Notes: generated by a model not told the origin, from the letters alone. 64,000 nt of DNA from Stutzerimonas stutzeri (GCA_024451105.1 JANGEY010000010.1:13006-77005), one strand, 5' to 3'. Positions 24,936 to 34,475 are shown, counted from the stretch's first letter. A program made the numbers and translations.

Positions 24936-25478
24936 TCAGCCGCGCTCGCCGAGCAGCCACTCCACCGGCAGCTCGTGCTGGCCGCGCTCGTCGGTGACGA
25001 ACAGGGTGCCCTCGCTGATCATCACGCTCCAGGAGAGCGAGCGCGGCAGGTCGCGGGCCAGCTCGGCCAGCGGCTCCTGCGGCAGCGCGGCGATGTTGAG
25101 GTTCTTCAGGCTCTTCACCGCGCCCACCACCTTGTCCTGCCACACGCGCAGGCCGCCATAGGCCAGCACGCTGACCCGCTCGGCGCGCCGCGAGCACCAG
25201 GTCATGCGGTCGGCGTCCGGCTGGCCAACCTCGATCCAGTGCAGCACGCGGTCGTCGAGACTCTTCTCCCACAGCGCCGGCTCGTCGACGTCGGACAGGC
25301 CACGGCCGAAGGCGACCTGCTCGTCGTACCACAGCGCGTAGGCCAGCAGGCGCACGGCCAGGCGCTCCTCGGTTTCCGAGGGGTGCTTGGCGACGGTGAA
25401 GCGCAGGTTCTGGTAGACGCCGCGATCGAGGTCGGTGAGGTTGAGTTCGACTTTGTAGGGGGTGGACTGCAGGGCCAT
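24936..25478 (-). CDS. yaeQ: YaeQ-family protein (PD-(D/E)xK-like fold)
   Basis: 180 aa from MALQSTPYKVELNLTDLDRGVYQNLRFTVAKHPSETEERL... matches YaeQ. The ORF-track N-terminal extension starts at GTG without an RBS. Confidence 0.8.
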   Translation of the reverse strand: MALQSTPYKVELNLTDLDRGVYQNLRFTVAKHPSETEERLAVRLLAYALWYDEQVAFGRGLSDVDEPALWEKSLDDRVLHWIEVGQPDADRMTWCSRRAERVSVLAYGGLRVWQDKVVGAVKSLKNLNIAALPQEPLAELARDLPRSLSWSVMISEGTLFVTDERGQHELPVEWLLGERG

Positions 25479-25597
25479 GGGGCGTTCCGGCGGGGATGGA
25501 AAAGGCCGGCAGTGTAACCGAAAGCGCCCGCCGCCCCGCACTCGTGGCGGCTGCGGCAGGCGCGCGGCTCCGCCAGGTTCGGCGGCACCAGCCGTCC

Positions 25598-28500
25598 TCA
25601 GCCCGGCAGCTCCTCGGCCTTGCCATCGCGCTCACGCGCGCGGCGCAGGCCCAGCTCGCGCATGTCGCGGGACAGTTCGTGCAGGTGCTTGTGGATGCGC
25701 AGGCCGATATCGCCCTTCTTCTCGATGGTCTGGATCAGCGGCAGGAAGCTGGCCTGCAGCGACTGCGCCAGTCCCTCGAGCAGCGCGGCGAAGTCCGGCT
25801 GCGGCGGCGCCGCCACTTGGACGCGCGGGCGCTGCTCGGCCAGCGCCTGCAGGCGCGCCAGCAGCTCCGCCCAGGGCACCGGCGCGGCGACGCCGAGGCC
25901 CTGCACGGCGTCGGCGAGGTCGCGCAGCTGGGCGACCACGCGCACGCCGACGTCGGCCTCGCTGCCGCCCATGGCCTTGGCGCGGCGGAAGTCGGCGCGG
26001 ATCTGTTCCCAGCGCGCCGCCTGCTCGGCCGTCAGGTTGCCGCGCAGCTCGGCGAGCTTGAGCAGGTTCTCCTCGGCGCCGGTGGTGAGCAGCTGCGCCT
26101 CACCCTGGTAGTGGTCGGCGATCAGCTGCAGCAGCTCCTCGTCGTTCATCACCGCGCTGATCTTCTCGGCCATCTTGTTCATGTTGCGGTAGCTGCCCTG
26201 CAGCTTGAACGGCGGCTCGCTGCGGTACTGGTCGGCCTGGGCGGCGCTGGCGATGTACTGCTGGTTGACCCGCAGCACCACGTCGCGCACCTGCATCAGG
26301 CGCTGCAGGGTGGCGGTGATCTCGTCCAGCTCGGCGCCGCTGTAGGCGTGCGAGAGCTGGTTGGCGGAGAACTCGCGGCCCTCGGCCCTAGCCACCAGGC
26401 GGTAGAGGTCGGCCATCTCGCGGGTGGCCAGCGGCGCCAGCACCGGGTTGGAGGTCAGCGCGTTCTCGATGTAGCTGAGCGCGAAGGCCTCCTGCATGCC
26501 GCCGAGGGTGTCGCCGAGGTTGTAGATGTCGGCGCGGTTGGCCAGCATGTCGGGAATCCTGAACACCTCGCCGGACTCGGTGTAGGGGTTGCCGGACATC
26601 ACCACGCAGAACTTCTTGCCGCGCATGTCGTAGGTGCGCGTGCGGCCCTTCCACACCCCCTCGATGCGCCGGGTGCCGTCGCACAGCGAGATGAACTTCT
26701 GCAGGAACTCCGGGTGGGTGTGCTGGATGTCGTCGACGTAGAGCATCACGTTGTTGCCCATCTCCAGCGCCAGGTTGAGCTTCTCCAGCTCCTGGCGGGC
26801 GGTGGCGTCGGGCGCCTGCGCCGGGTCGAGCGAGCGCACCTCGTGGCCGAGCGCCGGGCCGTTGATCTTCATGAAGATCAGCCCCAGGCGGTGGGCGACG
26901 TACTCCATCAGGGTGGTCTTGCCGTAGCCGGGCGGCGAGATGAGCATCAACAGGCCCATCAGGTCGCTGCGCTTGTTCTCCCCGGCGCTGCCCATCTGCT
27001 TGGCCAGGTTGTCGCCGATGAAGGTCAGGTAGACGTCGTTGATCAGCTTGTTGCGCACGAAGGAGCTGAGCGGGCGGGCCTTGAACTCGGCCAGGCGCAG
27101 CGCGGCGCGCTCGCGGGCGATCACCGCCTGGCGCAGCGCCTGGTAGCGGGTCAGGCCCGGCAGGTAGTGCTCGCGGTGCGCGCGCAGGCGGGCGAACAGC
27201 TCGTCCAGCGCCAGCTCCAGCCGCTGTTCCTGGATGCGCGGGTGCTCGCCGAGCAGGCCCTCCACCGTGAAGCGCAGGTCGACCTCGGTGACCCGCCGCG
27301 GCAGGTCCTCGCCGAGCAGTTCGAGCGCCGCCGCCTCGGGCGCGTAGGCGGCCAGCGCGGCGAACTCGGCCTGGCCGCACAGGCCGTGCAGCCAGTCGAG
27401 CGCCAGCCTCCACTGCGCCGCCGGACGCTCGCCCAGCCGGGCCAGCGCCTGGCGGTAGTCGTCCCACATGCGCGCCTCGGTCAGCCGCACGCGCAGGGCG
27501 TCCTGCAGCTGGCGGGCGTACTTGCTGAAGGTGAACTCGATGCGCTCGGCGGCCAGCTCCTGCACCAGGTACTCGGCGGCCTCGGCCACCAGCGCCGTGT
27601 CCAGGTCCAGCGGCTGTTCGGCGAGGAAGGCCTGCAGCGCGGTGGCGATCTCGCCCTGCAGGCTGCGCAGGCCGTCGTCGCGGCCGAACAGCTGGCGGAT
27701 GTGCCGGCTGCTGCGCGCGCGCTCCGGCCACTGCGCCGGCTGCTCCCGGTGGCGCAGGCGCTCCCAGCACAGGCAGGCGAAGGCGCGCGGCAGCGGCGCA
27801 TGGCGCAGCAGCCCGGCGCTGGCGGTCAGCGGCAGCAGGCGGGCGAGGATCGCCGCGGCGTCCTGGTCGTGGATGCCCTTCTCGTAGCCTTCCTTGTAGC
27901 GCGGCGCGGCGAACTCGCGCACCGCGCGCACCAGCGCCTCGGGCTGGGCCAGCAGCAGCCTGAGGCGGTCCAGATCGAGGCCGCCCTCGCCGCGCTCGGC
28001 GGCGGCCAGCACCTCACCGGCCAGGTATTCGCCGCGGTACAGCTCGGCCGACTCCGACTCCAGGCTGGCCTGCCAGAACGCACGCAGCGCCTCCAGCTCG
28101 GCATCGACCAGCGGCTCGATGAAGTCGGTGCCGGTCAGGTGCAGGCACAGCTGCTCGCCGCGCGGCAGCAGGGTCAGGTCCAGTTCCTGGCTGTTGACGC
28201 TGAAGCGGTGGCGGCCGAGGCGGATCAGGTTGCCGCCGGCCTCGAACAGCTCGCTCTTGTCGCGCAGGGCGCGCACCGCCTGGTCGCGGGCGCCCTTGAG
28301 ACGCGCCTCGAGGTCGTCGGCCTTGACGCTGTCCTTCAGCTCGCGCAGGCGCTCGGCCAGGTCGCGCAGCTTGAGGATCAGCGGGTCGGCGGCGAAGAAG
28401 GCGTTGAGTTCCTCCATGCTCGCCAGGCGCGCGGTGCGCCGCGCCAGGCTGTCGAGGATGCGCCGCGCCGCCTCCTGCAGGCCCTGGGCGCGGCGCTGGC

Positions 28501-30820
28501 GCTCGTCGAGCAGCGCCTGCTTGTGGGTCTCGAAGGTCTCCAGCAGCTCCTCGCGCTTGGCGAGGATGTCGGCGAGGAACTGCTCCTGCTCGCCGAAGCG
28601 GCTTTCCAGCTCCTCCAGCTGCAGCAGCAGACGCGCCAGCTGCTCGTCGCAGCGCTCGGGGTCGCTGGCCTGGCCGAGGGCGCTGGTGATGCCCTGGCCG
28701 AACAGCTTGAACTGGGCGCCGAACTGGGCGACCGTCTCCGCCGAGCCGAGGCCCTTGCGGCGCTGCTCGGCGCGGGCGCGCGCCTGGTTGAGGCGCGCGT
28801 ACAGCTCGGAGATCGCCTCGACGATGCGCGTGCGCTCGGTGGCGTCGTCGATCGCCAGGCTGGCCATCAGGTTGGACAGCATGTCCAGATCGGCGGCCAT
28901 CGCCTGCAGGCCGGCCAGCGGCTCGGCCAGCTGGGCGACGCTGGCCGCCTGCTGCGCCGCGCCGTCCAGCGCGGCCAGGCGCTCGGCGTAGGGCGCCAGC
29001 GCCCGCTCGCCGGCGAGGAAGCGCGCGGTGGCCGCGGCGACCCACGCCTGGGCGTCGAGCAGCGCCGCCTCCATGGCGTCGATGCGCGCCACGTCGATGT
29101 AGCGGTAGTCGCGGATGGTCAGCAGCAGGCCGCGCTGGGCGGTCAGCGCGTTGAGCGCCTCGACGAAGGCCGCCACCGCGTCCCAGCTGTCGACGTGCAG
29201 GCCGGCGAGCAGCGCCTGCTGGCGGGTCTCGGCCTCGGCCATCACGCGCGCCGACTGCTGGCGGATGCTCTCGACCTTCTCGAACTCGTCGAGCACCCGC
29301 TCGGCGGTGGCGGCGATCTCGCGCAGCAGCGGCGCCAGCTCGCCGAGCTCGGCGGCGCCCAGCCAGTGGTGGGCGTCGAACAGCCGGCGCACGCTCTGGC
29401 ACAGCTGGCCGTAGCGCTGCACCGACACCGCCCGGGCGTCGATCTCGCGGCACAGGTTGCGCAGCTCGGACACCCCGCGCACCAGCTCGGCGTTGCCGAT
29501 GCGGCCGAGGAAGCCGCTGCGCGGCGGCTGGCGGGCGGCGAACTCGGCGCTGGCGAACGGCGTCTGCCAGATCTGCATCGGGTGGATGCGCGTCGGCTCG
29601 GCGCCCTCGGCGGCGAAGATCACCATGCGCCCGTCCTCCAGGCGCGCGTAGCCGTGGCCGAAGATCGGGCTGTGCAGCTGGCGCTCGATCAGGTTGTAGG
29701 TGAACAGCGCGGAGCGGCCCTCCTCCGGCTGGTAGAACACGTAGAGCACGTCCTCGCCGTTGGGCGAGCGCAGCGCGCGCTTGAAGCGCATGCCGGCCAT
29801 CGGCTGGTCGAAGGTCCGGTAGTCGCCGTTCTGCAGGTAGTAGCCGCCGGGGAAGATGATGCCGTGGTCCTCGGGCAGCTGCACGCAGGCCAGGCCGATG
29901 GCGTCGATGCGCTCGACCTGGCGGGTCAGCGTGTTGAACACCAGGTAGCGCCACTGCTCCTCGCGGTACGGCAGCACCTTGAGCAGCAGCAGGCTGCCGA
30001 GACGGGCGAACTCGATCTGCGCATCGTCGAGCGACTGGGTCTTGTCGACCACCGGCTCGCGGTAGATGCCCAGGCCGTCCTCGGTGTTGTTCTCGACCTT
30101 GATGGTCAGGTCGCCGCCGATGGTCTCGACGAACAGGGTGTCGAGGATGTTGACGTGCGGATGGCGGCCGTTGACCGTCATCTCGCGGCTGGTCTTCTGC
30201 CACTCGAAGTCGTAGGGCGCCGGCAGGGCGATGTCGCGCTCGCCGCGGTTGTCGAGGTAGCGCACCTCGCGGCCGTCGACGGAGATCGACCAGCGGAACA
30301 CGCGGATGTCGCTCAGCCGCTCGCCGATCTGGAAGCTGGCCAAGAGCTTGCCGTCGCGCACCACCAGCTGCAGCAGGCGGGTGTTCTTGTAGTAGGTGTA
30401 CAGCTCGCGGAAGTCTTGCACGAAGCTGGCCTGGCCGAGGAAGCTGTCCGCCAGCGGCTGCGGCTCGGCCTCGTAGCCTTCCTCGGTGTGGTTCAGCCGG
30501 TACAGGGAGAATACGTCCTCGACGCGGGTTTCCTGTTTGAGGCCGAGGAACACGTTGTAGCCGAACAGCAGGCAGTCGCCGACCTGGACGATGTCGCGGG
30601 CGATGCAGTTGTTCTCGCTGCGGATGCGCACCCGGCCGAGCACCGCCATCTCGCTGCTGCCGAACTCGGCCAGGCGCTGCGCGTTGAGGGCGTCGACGCC
30701 CTGGCGCAGGCGCTGGCCCTGCTCGGCCAGCCGGCGCTGCAGCACCTCGTAGGCGCCGCCCTCGGCGACCGCCTGATCCACCCTGTCCTGTTCGCGGCTG
30801 GCGTCCTGGGCATCCGACAT
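25598..30820 (-). CDS. giant (1740-aa) multidomain protein: N-terminal beta-rich domain, long coiled-coil/helical middle, C-terminal AAA+ ATPase; 'DNA-repair ATPase'-annotated family, function unknown
   Basis: Single uninterrupted ORF with SD AGGAAG 9 nt upstream of the ATG. Walker A LISPPGYGKTTLMEY is encoded at about 26912-26930. Walker B VMLYVDDIQH is encoded at about 26727-26750. A sensor-like CVVMSGNPYT and a conserved ...DMLANRADIYNLGD motif are also present. Confidence 0.85.
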   Translation of the reverse strand: MSDAQDASREQDRVDQAVAEGGAYEVLQRRLAEQGQRLRQGVDALNAQRLAEFGSSEMAVLGRVRIRSENNCIARDIVQVGDCLLFGYNVFLGLKQETRVEDVFSLYRLNHTEEGYEAEPQPLADSFLGQASFVQDFRELYTYYKNTRLLQLVVRDGKLLASFQIGERLSDIRVFRWSISVDGREVRYLDNRGERDIALPAPYDFEWQKTSREMTVNGRHPHVNILDTLFVETIGGDLTIKVENNTEDGLGIYREPVVDKTQSLDDAQIEFARLGSLLLLKVLPYREEQWRYLVFNTLTRQVERIDAIGLACVQLPEDHGIIFPGGYYLQNGDYRTFDQPMAGMRFKRALRSPNGEDVLYVFYQPEEGRSALFTYNLIERQLHSPIFGHGYARLEDGRMVIFAAEGAEPTRIHPMQIWQTPFASAEFAARQPPRSGFLGRIGNAELVRGVSELRNLCREIDARAVSVQRYGQLCQSVRRLFDAHHWLGAAELGELAPLLREIAATAERVLDEFEKVESIRQQSARVMAEAETRQQALLAGLHVDSWDAVAAFVEALNALTAQRGLLLTIRDYRYIDVARIDAMEAALLDAQAWVAAATARFLAGERALAPYAERLAALDGAAQQAASVAQLAEPLAGLQAMAADLDMLSNLMASLAIDDATERTRIVEAISELYARLNQARARAEQRRKGLGSAETVAQFGAQFKLFGQGITSALGQASDPERCDEQLARLLLQLEELESRFGEQEQFLADILAKREELLETFETHKQALLDERQRRAQGLQEAARRILDSLARRTARLASMEELNAFFAADPLILKLRDLAERLRELKDSVKADDLEARLKGARDQAVRALRDKSELFEAGGNLIRLGRHRFSVNSQELDLTLLPRGEQLCLHLTGTDFIEPLVDAELEALRAFWQASLESESAELYRGEYLAGEVLAAAERGEGGLDLDRLRLLLAQPEALVRAVREFAAPRYKEGYEKGIHDQDAAAILARLLPLTASAGLLRHAPLPRAFACLCWERLRHREQPAQWPERARSSRHIRQLFGRDDGLRSLQGEIATALQAFLAEQPLDLDTALVAEAAEYLVQELAAERIEFTFSKYARQLQDALRVRLTEARMWDDYRQALARLGERPAAQWRLALDWLHGLCGQAEFAALAAYAPEAAALELLGEDLPRRVTEVDLRFTVEGLLGEHPRIQEQRLELALDELFARLRAHREHYLPGLTRYQALRQAVIARERAALRLAEFKARPLSSFVRNKLINDVYLTFIGDNLAKQMGSAGENKRSDLMGLLMLISPPGYGKTTLMEYVAHRLGLIFMKINGPALGHEVRSLDPAQAPDATARQELEKLNLALEMGNNVMLYVDDIQHTHPEFLQKFISLCDGTRRIEGVWKGRTRTYDMRGKKFCVVMSGNPYTESGEVFRIPDMLANRADIYNLGDTLGGMQEAFALSYIENALTSNPVLAPLATREMADLYRLVARAEGREFSANQLSHAYSGAELDEITATLQRLMQVRDVVLRVNQQYIASAAQADQYRSEPPFKLQGSYRNMNKMAEKISAVMNDEELLQLIADHYQGEAQLLTTGAEENLLKLAELRGNLTAEQAARWEQIRADFRRAKAMGGSEADVGVRVVAQLRDLADAVQGLGVAAPVPWAELLARLQALAEQRPRVQVAAPPQPDFAALLEGLAQSLQASFLPLIQTIEKKGDIGLRIHKHLHELSRDMRELGLRRARERDGKAEELPG

Positions 30821-30985
30821 CGTTGTTCTTCCTGAAGATTGCGCGGGAAATGGGGGCTCGCGGTAGGTTCCCCCCCACTCGCGACTGCTCGCGAATGGGG
30901 GGCATCTCCCGCGCAGGCCTCCGTTGGTGGGCTAAAGCCCAGCCTACGGGCGGGCAGCAGGCGGCCCCGGACGGGGCCGCCACGC

Positions 30986-33031
30986 TCAGGCCGGGGTCTT
31001 GTCGACCGCTGCCGGCACGCTCTTGGCCTCGGCGCCCTTGCCGGCCATCAGCCGGCCCAGCACTTCCTGGACCACCGGGCTCTTGCCGACCACGCCCTCG
31101 ATGGCCTTGCCCACCGACAGCGACTTGGCGAAGGAGTTGAAGAAGTCGCCCTCGCCGCCGACGATCTCGATCTTCGCCTTGGACAGCGCGGCGGACAGCA
31201 CCTCGGCCTGCTCCTTGGCGATTTCCTGGTTGGCGGCGATACCGGCCATCGAGGCCTCGAAGTCCTTCTCCAGCTGCATGCGGAACTCCTCGTGCTGGCG
31301 GGCGCTGTCGCTGAGTTCGTCGAGCGCGCCGAACTTCTTGCCCAGGCCCTCGGCCTCGGCATTGAAGCGCTGCAGCAGCACCTCGGCCTCGGCCAGGCCG
31401 AGGTCCTTGGTGGCCTTGGCCTTGGCGCTGCCCAGCTGTTCCTCGCCGCGCGCCTGGGCGCCGAGCTTCTCCTCGAGCACCCGGGCCTCGGCCAGGCCGT
31501 CCTTCTCCTTGGCCGCCGCCTGCGCCTCGATGATCCGCGCCTGGGCCAGGCCCTTCTCCTGCTCGCCGCGGGCCTCGGCGGCCAGCTGTTCGGCCAGCAC
31601 GCGAGCCTCGGCCAGCCCCTCCTTCTCCTTGGCCGCCGCGGTCACCTCGCGCACCCGCGCATCGGCCAGGCCCGGCGCGGCGCGCTCGGCCTCGATGCCC
31701 TCGGCCAGCTTGCGCTTGGCCTCGGCCTGCTTGGCCGCCGCTTCCAGCTCGGCCTGGGCCATGACGTTGACCTCGACCGCCTTGTGCTTGGCGCGCGTCT
31801 CGTCGGCCTCGGCCTGCTTGACCTGGCGCACCAGCTCCTGCTCGGCCTCGGCCTGGGCGTTGAGCACGGCGACCTGCTTGAGCCGTTCGGCCTCGGACAC
31901 CTCGCGCACTTCCTTGATGCGCTCCTCCTCCTGGGCCACGGTCTTCTCCACCGCCACCCGCTCGCGGATCACGTTGGCGATGTTCTTGCGCTGCTCTTCC
32001 AGCGCCTTCTCCTTCTCGATGCGCTGCAGCTCGACCTCGCGCTCGCGGGCGACGATCTCCAGCTCGCGGGCGCGGGTGACCTTCTCCTCCTCGATCACCA
32101 CCGCGCGCTGGCGGTTCTGCTGCGCCACCTCGACCTCGCGCTGGTGGTTCTCGGCGCGGATATCCAGCTCCTGCTGGGTCTGGATGCGCGCCTGCTCGGC
32201 CTTGAGGCGCTCCTCCTCCTGCACCTTGAGGGTCTCGGCCTGCTCGCGGGCGCGCAGGGTGGCGATCTCACGCTGCTGGCGCGCCTCGGCGTCGGCCTGC
32301 TGGCGCTCCAGGGCCAGGGTCGCCTCGCGGGTCTCGACGTTCTTCTTCTTGATCGCCAGTTCCTCGTTGCGCTCCAGGTCGTTGGTGATCACGTTCTGCG
32401 CCGCGGTCAGTTCGGTGATCTTGCGGATGCCCTGGGCGTCGAGGATGTTGGTCGGGTCCAGCGAGCTCTTCGGCGTCTGCTCCAGGTAGTCGATGGCCAC
32501 GTCCTCCAGCACGTAGCCGTTGAGGTCGTTGCCGATCACCTCGACGATGCGGTCGCGGAAGTTCTGCCGCTCCTCGAACAGCTGAACGAAGTCGAAGCGC
32601 TTGCCGACGGTCTTCAGCGCCTCGGAGAACTTGGCGTTGAACAGGTCGTTGACCGCCGCGCGGTCGGAGGCGCGTTCGGCGCCGATGGCCTTGGCCACCT
32701 TGAGCACGTCCTGCTGGGTCTCGTTGACGCGCAGGTAGAAGGCCACGGTGATGTCGGCGCGCAGGTTGTCCTGGCAGATCAGGCCGTCCTTGCCGCGGCG
32801 GTCGATCTCCAGGGTGATCAGGGAGATCTTCATGAACTCCTTCTTGTAGATCACCGGGTAGACCAGCGCGCCGGTGAAGTGCACCTTGGGCTGCGCCGAC
32901 ATGTCGTTGACGATCAGCGCGGTGCCCTGCGGCACCTTGATGTAGAAGGCCTTGAACAGCACGAAGAAACCGAGGATCAGCAGGAAGACCACGCCGACGC
33001 CGGTCGCGAAGGGCATCAGAATCTCGAACAT
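30986..33031 (-). CDS. flotillin-like SPFH/band-7 protein (YqiK-like), unusually long (681 aa)
   Basis: N-terminal TM helix, an SPFH domain, and a very long Glu/Ala/Arg/Lys coiled-coil region containing a 40-aa tandem duplication. Confidence 0.9.
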   Translation of the reverse strand: MFEILMPFATGVGVVFLLILGFFVLFKAFYIKVPQGTALIVNDMSAQPKVHFTGALVYPVIYKKEFMKISLITLEIDRRGKDGLICQDNLRADITVAFYLRVNETQQDVLKVAKAIGAERASDRAAVNDLFNAKFSEALKTVGKRFDFVQLFEERQNFRDRIVEVIGNDLNGYVLEDVAIDYLEQTPKSSLDPTNILDAQGIRKITELTAAQNVITNDLERNEELAIKKKNVETREATLALERQQADAEARQQREIATLRAREQAETLKVQEEERLKAEQARIQTQQELDIRAENHQREVEVAQQNRQRAVVIEEEKVTRARELEIVAREREVELQRIEKEKALEEQRKNIANVIRERVAVEKTVAQEEERIKEVREVSEAERLKQVAVLNAQAEAEQELVRQVKQAEADETRAKHKAVEVNVMAQAELEAAAKQAEAKRKLAEGIEAERAAPGLADARVREVTAAAKEKEGLAEARVLAEQLAAEARGEQEKGLAQARIIEAQAAAKEKDGLAEARVLEEKLGAQARGEEQLGSAKAKATKDLGLAEAEVLLQRFNAEAEGLGKKFGALDELSDSARQHEEFRMQLEKDFEASMAGIAANQEIAKEQAEVLSAALSKAKIEIVGGEGDFFNSFAKSLSVGKAIEGVVGKSPVVQEVLGRLMAGKGAEAKSVPAAVDKTPA

Positions 33032-33061
33032 TTTCTTTTCATCTCCTTATGGACGTACGGC

Positions 33062-33700
33062 TCAGAGGCCCTTGAATTCGTCTTCGCCGACCACCCGGTA
33101 GGCGTGCTCGCCCTCCAGGTACTGCAGCAGCACCACGCGGTCGCCACGGCGGAAGCCCGCCGACTCGTCGGCGCGGATGCGCAGGATCAGCCCGGCGCCC
33201 TGGTCGTCCAGGTCGGCCTCGCCGAAGCGCGGGCTGACCGTGCCGCTGCGCACCGTCGCCACCTGGCCGAGCAGCGAGCGCGCCGAGGGCGCCTCGACCT
33301 TGCGGAACAGCCGGCGCAGCGGCCGGCACAGCGCGCCGGTCAGCGGCACCGCCGGCAGCAGGGCCACCGCCATCACCGCCAGGCCGAGCGGATAGCGCAG
33401 CCAGCCGAGCGGCAGGTGGCGCAGCAGCAGCAACTCGACGAAGTAGCTGGCGAACCAGGCGAAGAACACCAGCAGGGTCAGCACCAGGGTCACCGGCACG
33501 CCACCCAGGCCGAGCTTGAGCAGCAGGCCAGCCAGCCCCTCCAGTTCGAGGCCCTCGCCGTCCGGGCCGAAGTCGCCGTCGAGCACGTCGATCTCGAGAA
33601 TGCCCAGCGCGGCGATCAGCCAGTAGAGGATCGCCAGGCACAGCAGGAAGCTGAACAGCACGGTGGGAAACGCCAGGGCGCTGTGCAGGAAGAGTTCCAT
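33062..33700 (-). CDS. NfeD-like / YqiJ-like inner-membrane protein (flotillin partner)
   Basis: 212 aa with 3-4 N-terminal TM helices and a C-terminal soluble beta-rich (OB-like) domain. It lies 30 nt upstream of the flotillin gene on the same strand. Confidence 0.75.
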   Translation of the reverse strand: MELFLHSALAFPTVLFSFLLCLAILYWLIAALGILEIDVLDGDFGPDGEGLELEGLAGLLLKLGLGGVPVTLVLTLLVFFAWFASYFVELLLLRHLPLGWLRYPLGLAVMAVALLPAVPLTGALCRPLRRLFRKVEAPSARSLLGQVATVRSGTVSPRFGEADLDDQGAGLILRIRADESAGFRRGDRVVLLQYLEGEHAYRVVGEDEFKGL

Positions 33701-33773
33701 CGTGTTCCGTCCGTGAAACCGTAGAGACCGCGCCCAGGCAAGGCCTGGGCGCGGCGAGGATTGCCGGGCAGTC

Positions 33774-34475
33774 TCAGCTTGCGCCCTGCGCCGCCCTGTC
33801 CTTCAGGCGCGCCAGCACGCTGGCGGCGCTGCCGTTGTCGGGAACGATGCCGGCAGCGCGCAGCTTGCTGTCCAGACTCGCCTCCGGCTGCTCGGCGGCC
33901 AGCTCGGCCTCGGCCTCCAGGCGCGCCGCACGTTCGGCCTGGCGCTGCTTGATGCGCTCCAGCGACTCCACCGCGGTGTGCAGCCTGGCCTGCGAGCCGC
34001 CGTGGCGTTGCGCCACCGCCAGCTGGGCGCGCTGCACGCTTTCGGTGGCCTTGACCGTGTCGACCTGCTGCTTGAGACGGCGGATGTGCCCCTCGGCCTG
34101 ACTGACCGCCTGGCGCAGGCGCGCCACGCTGGCGGCGAAACCCGCCGCCTGCTCGCGGTCGGCGGCCAGCTCGGCTTCCAGGGTGGCGATCTTCTCCGCC
34201 ACTTCGGTGGCCAGCGTCTCGTTGTCGGCGGCCAGCGCCTTGAGGGCGTACTGCTCGTACTCGGCGACCTTGACCTCACCCTTGCCCACCCGCTCGCTGG
34301 CCAGTTTCTGCCTGGCCATGATCTGTGCCAGCGCCTCGCGCGACTGGCGCAGCTCCTGGTCTGCGTCGCGGATTTCCTGGTCGAGGATGCGCAGCGCCTG
34401 GCTGTCCACCAGCGCCTCGCCCACCTCGTTGGCGCCGCCGCGCAGGGCGGTCAGCAGCTTGCTCCAGACGTTCAT
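33774..34475 (-). CDS. PspA/IM30 (Vipp1, bacterial ESCRT-III-like) family protein, YjfJ-like
   Basis: 233 aa, all-helical coiled coil starting MNVWSKLLTALRGGANEVGEALVDSQALRILDQEIRDADQ, with PspA-family heptads. The size matches E. coli YjfJ. Its start overlaps the upstream gene's stop (ATGA). Confidence 0.85.
   Translation of the reverse strand: MNVWSKLLTALRGGANEVGEALVDSQALRILDQEIRDADQELRQSREALAQIMARQKLASERVGKGEVKVAEYEQYALKALAADNETLATEVAEKIATLEAELAADREQAAGFAASVARLRQAVSQAEGHIRRLKQQVDTVKATESVQRAQLAVAQRHGGSQARLHTAVESLERIKQRQAERAARLEAEAELAAEQPEASLDSKLRAAGIVPDNGSAASVLARLKDRAAQGAS

Noticed and set aside
25496-30835. 1779-aa ORF on the plus strand, antisense to the giant gene. Similar antisense ORFs at 30839-33724, 28014-30983, 20113-23976, 21035-24283, 971-3244, 1056-3062, 42048-45065 and others.
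   Set aside because: They lie opposite strongly supported genes. Their translations are Arg/Ala/Gly/Pro-rich low-complexity sequence typical of high-GC antisense frames. No RBS and no family similarity.
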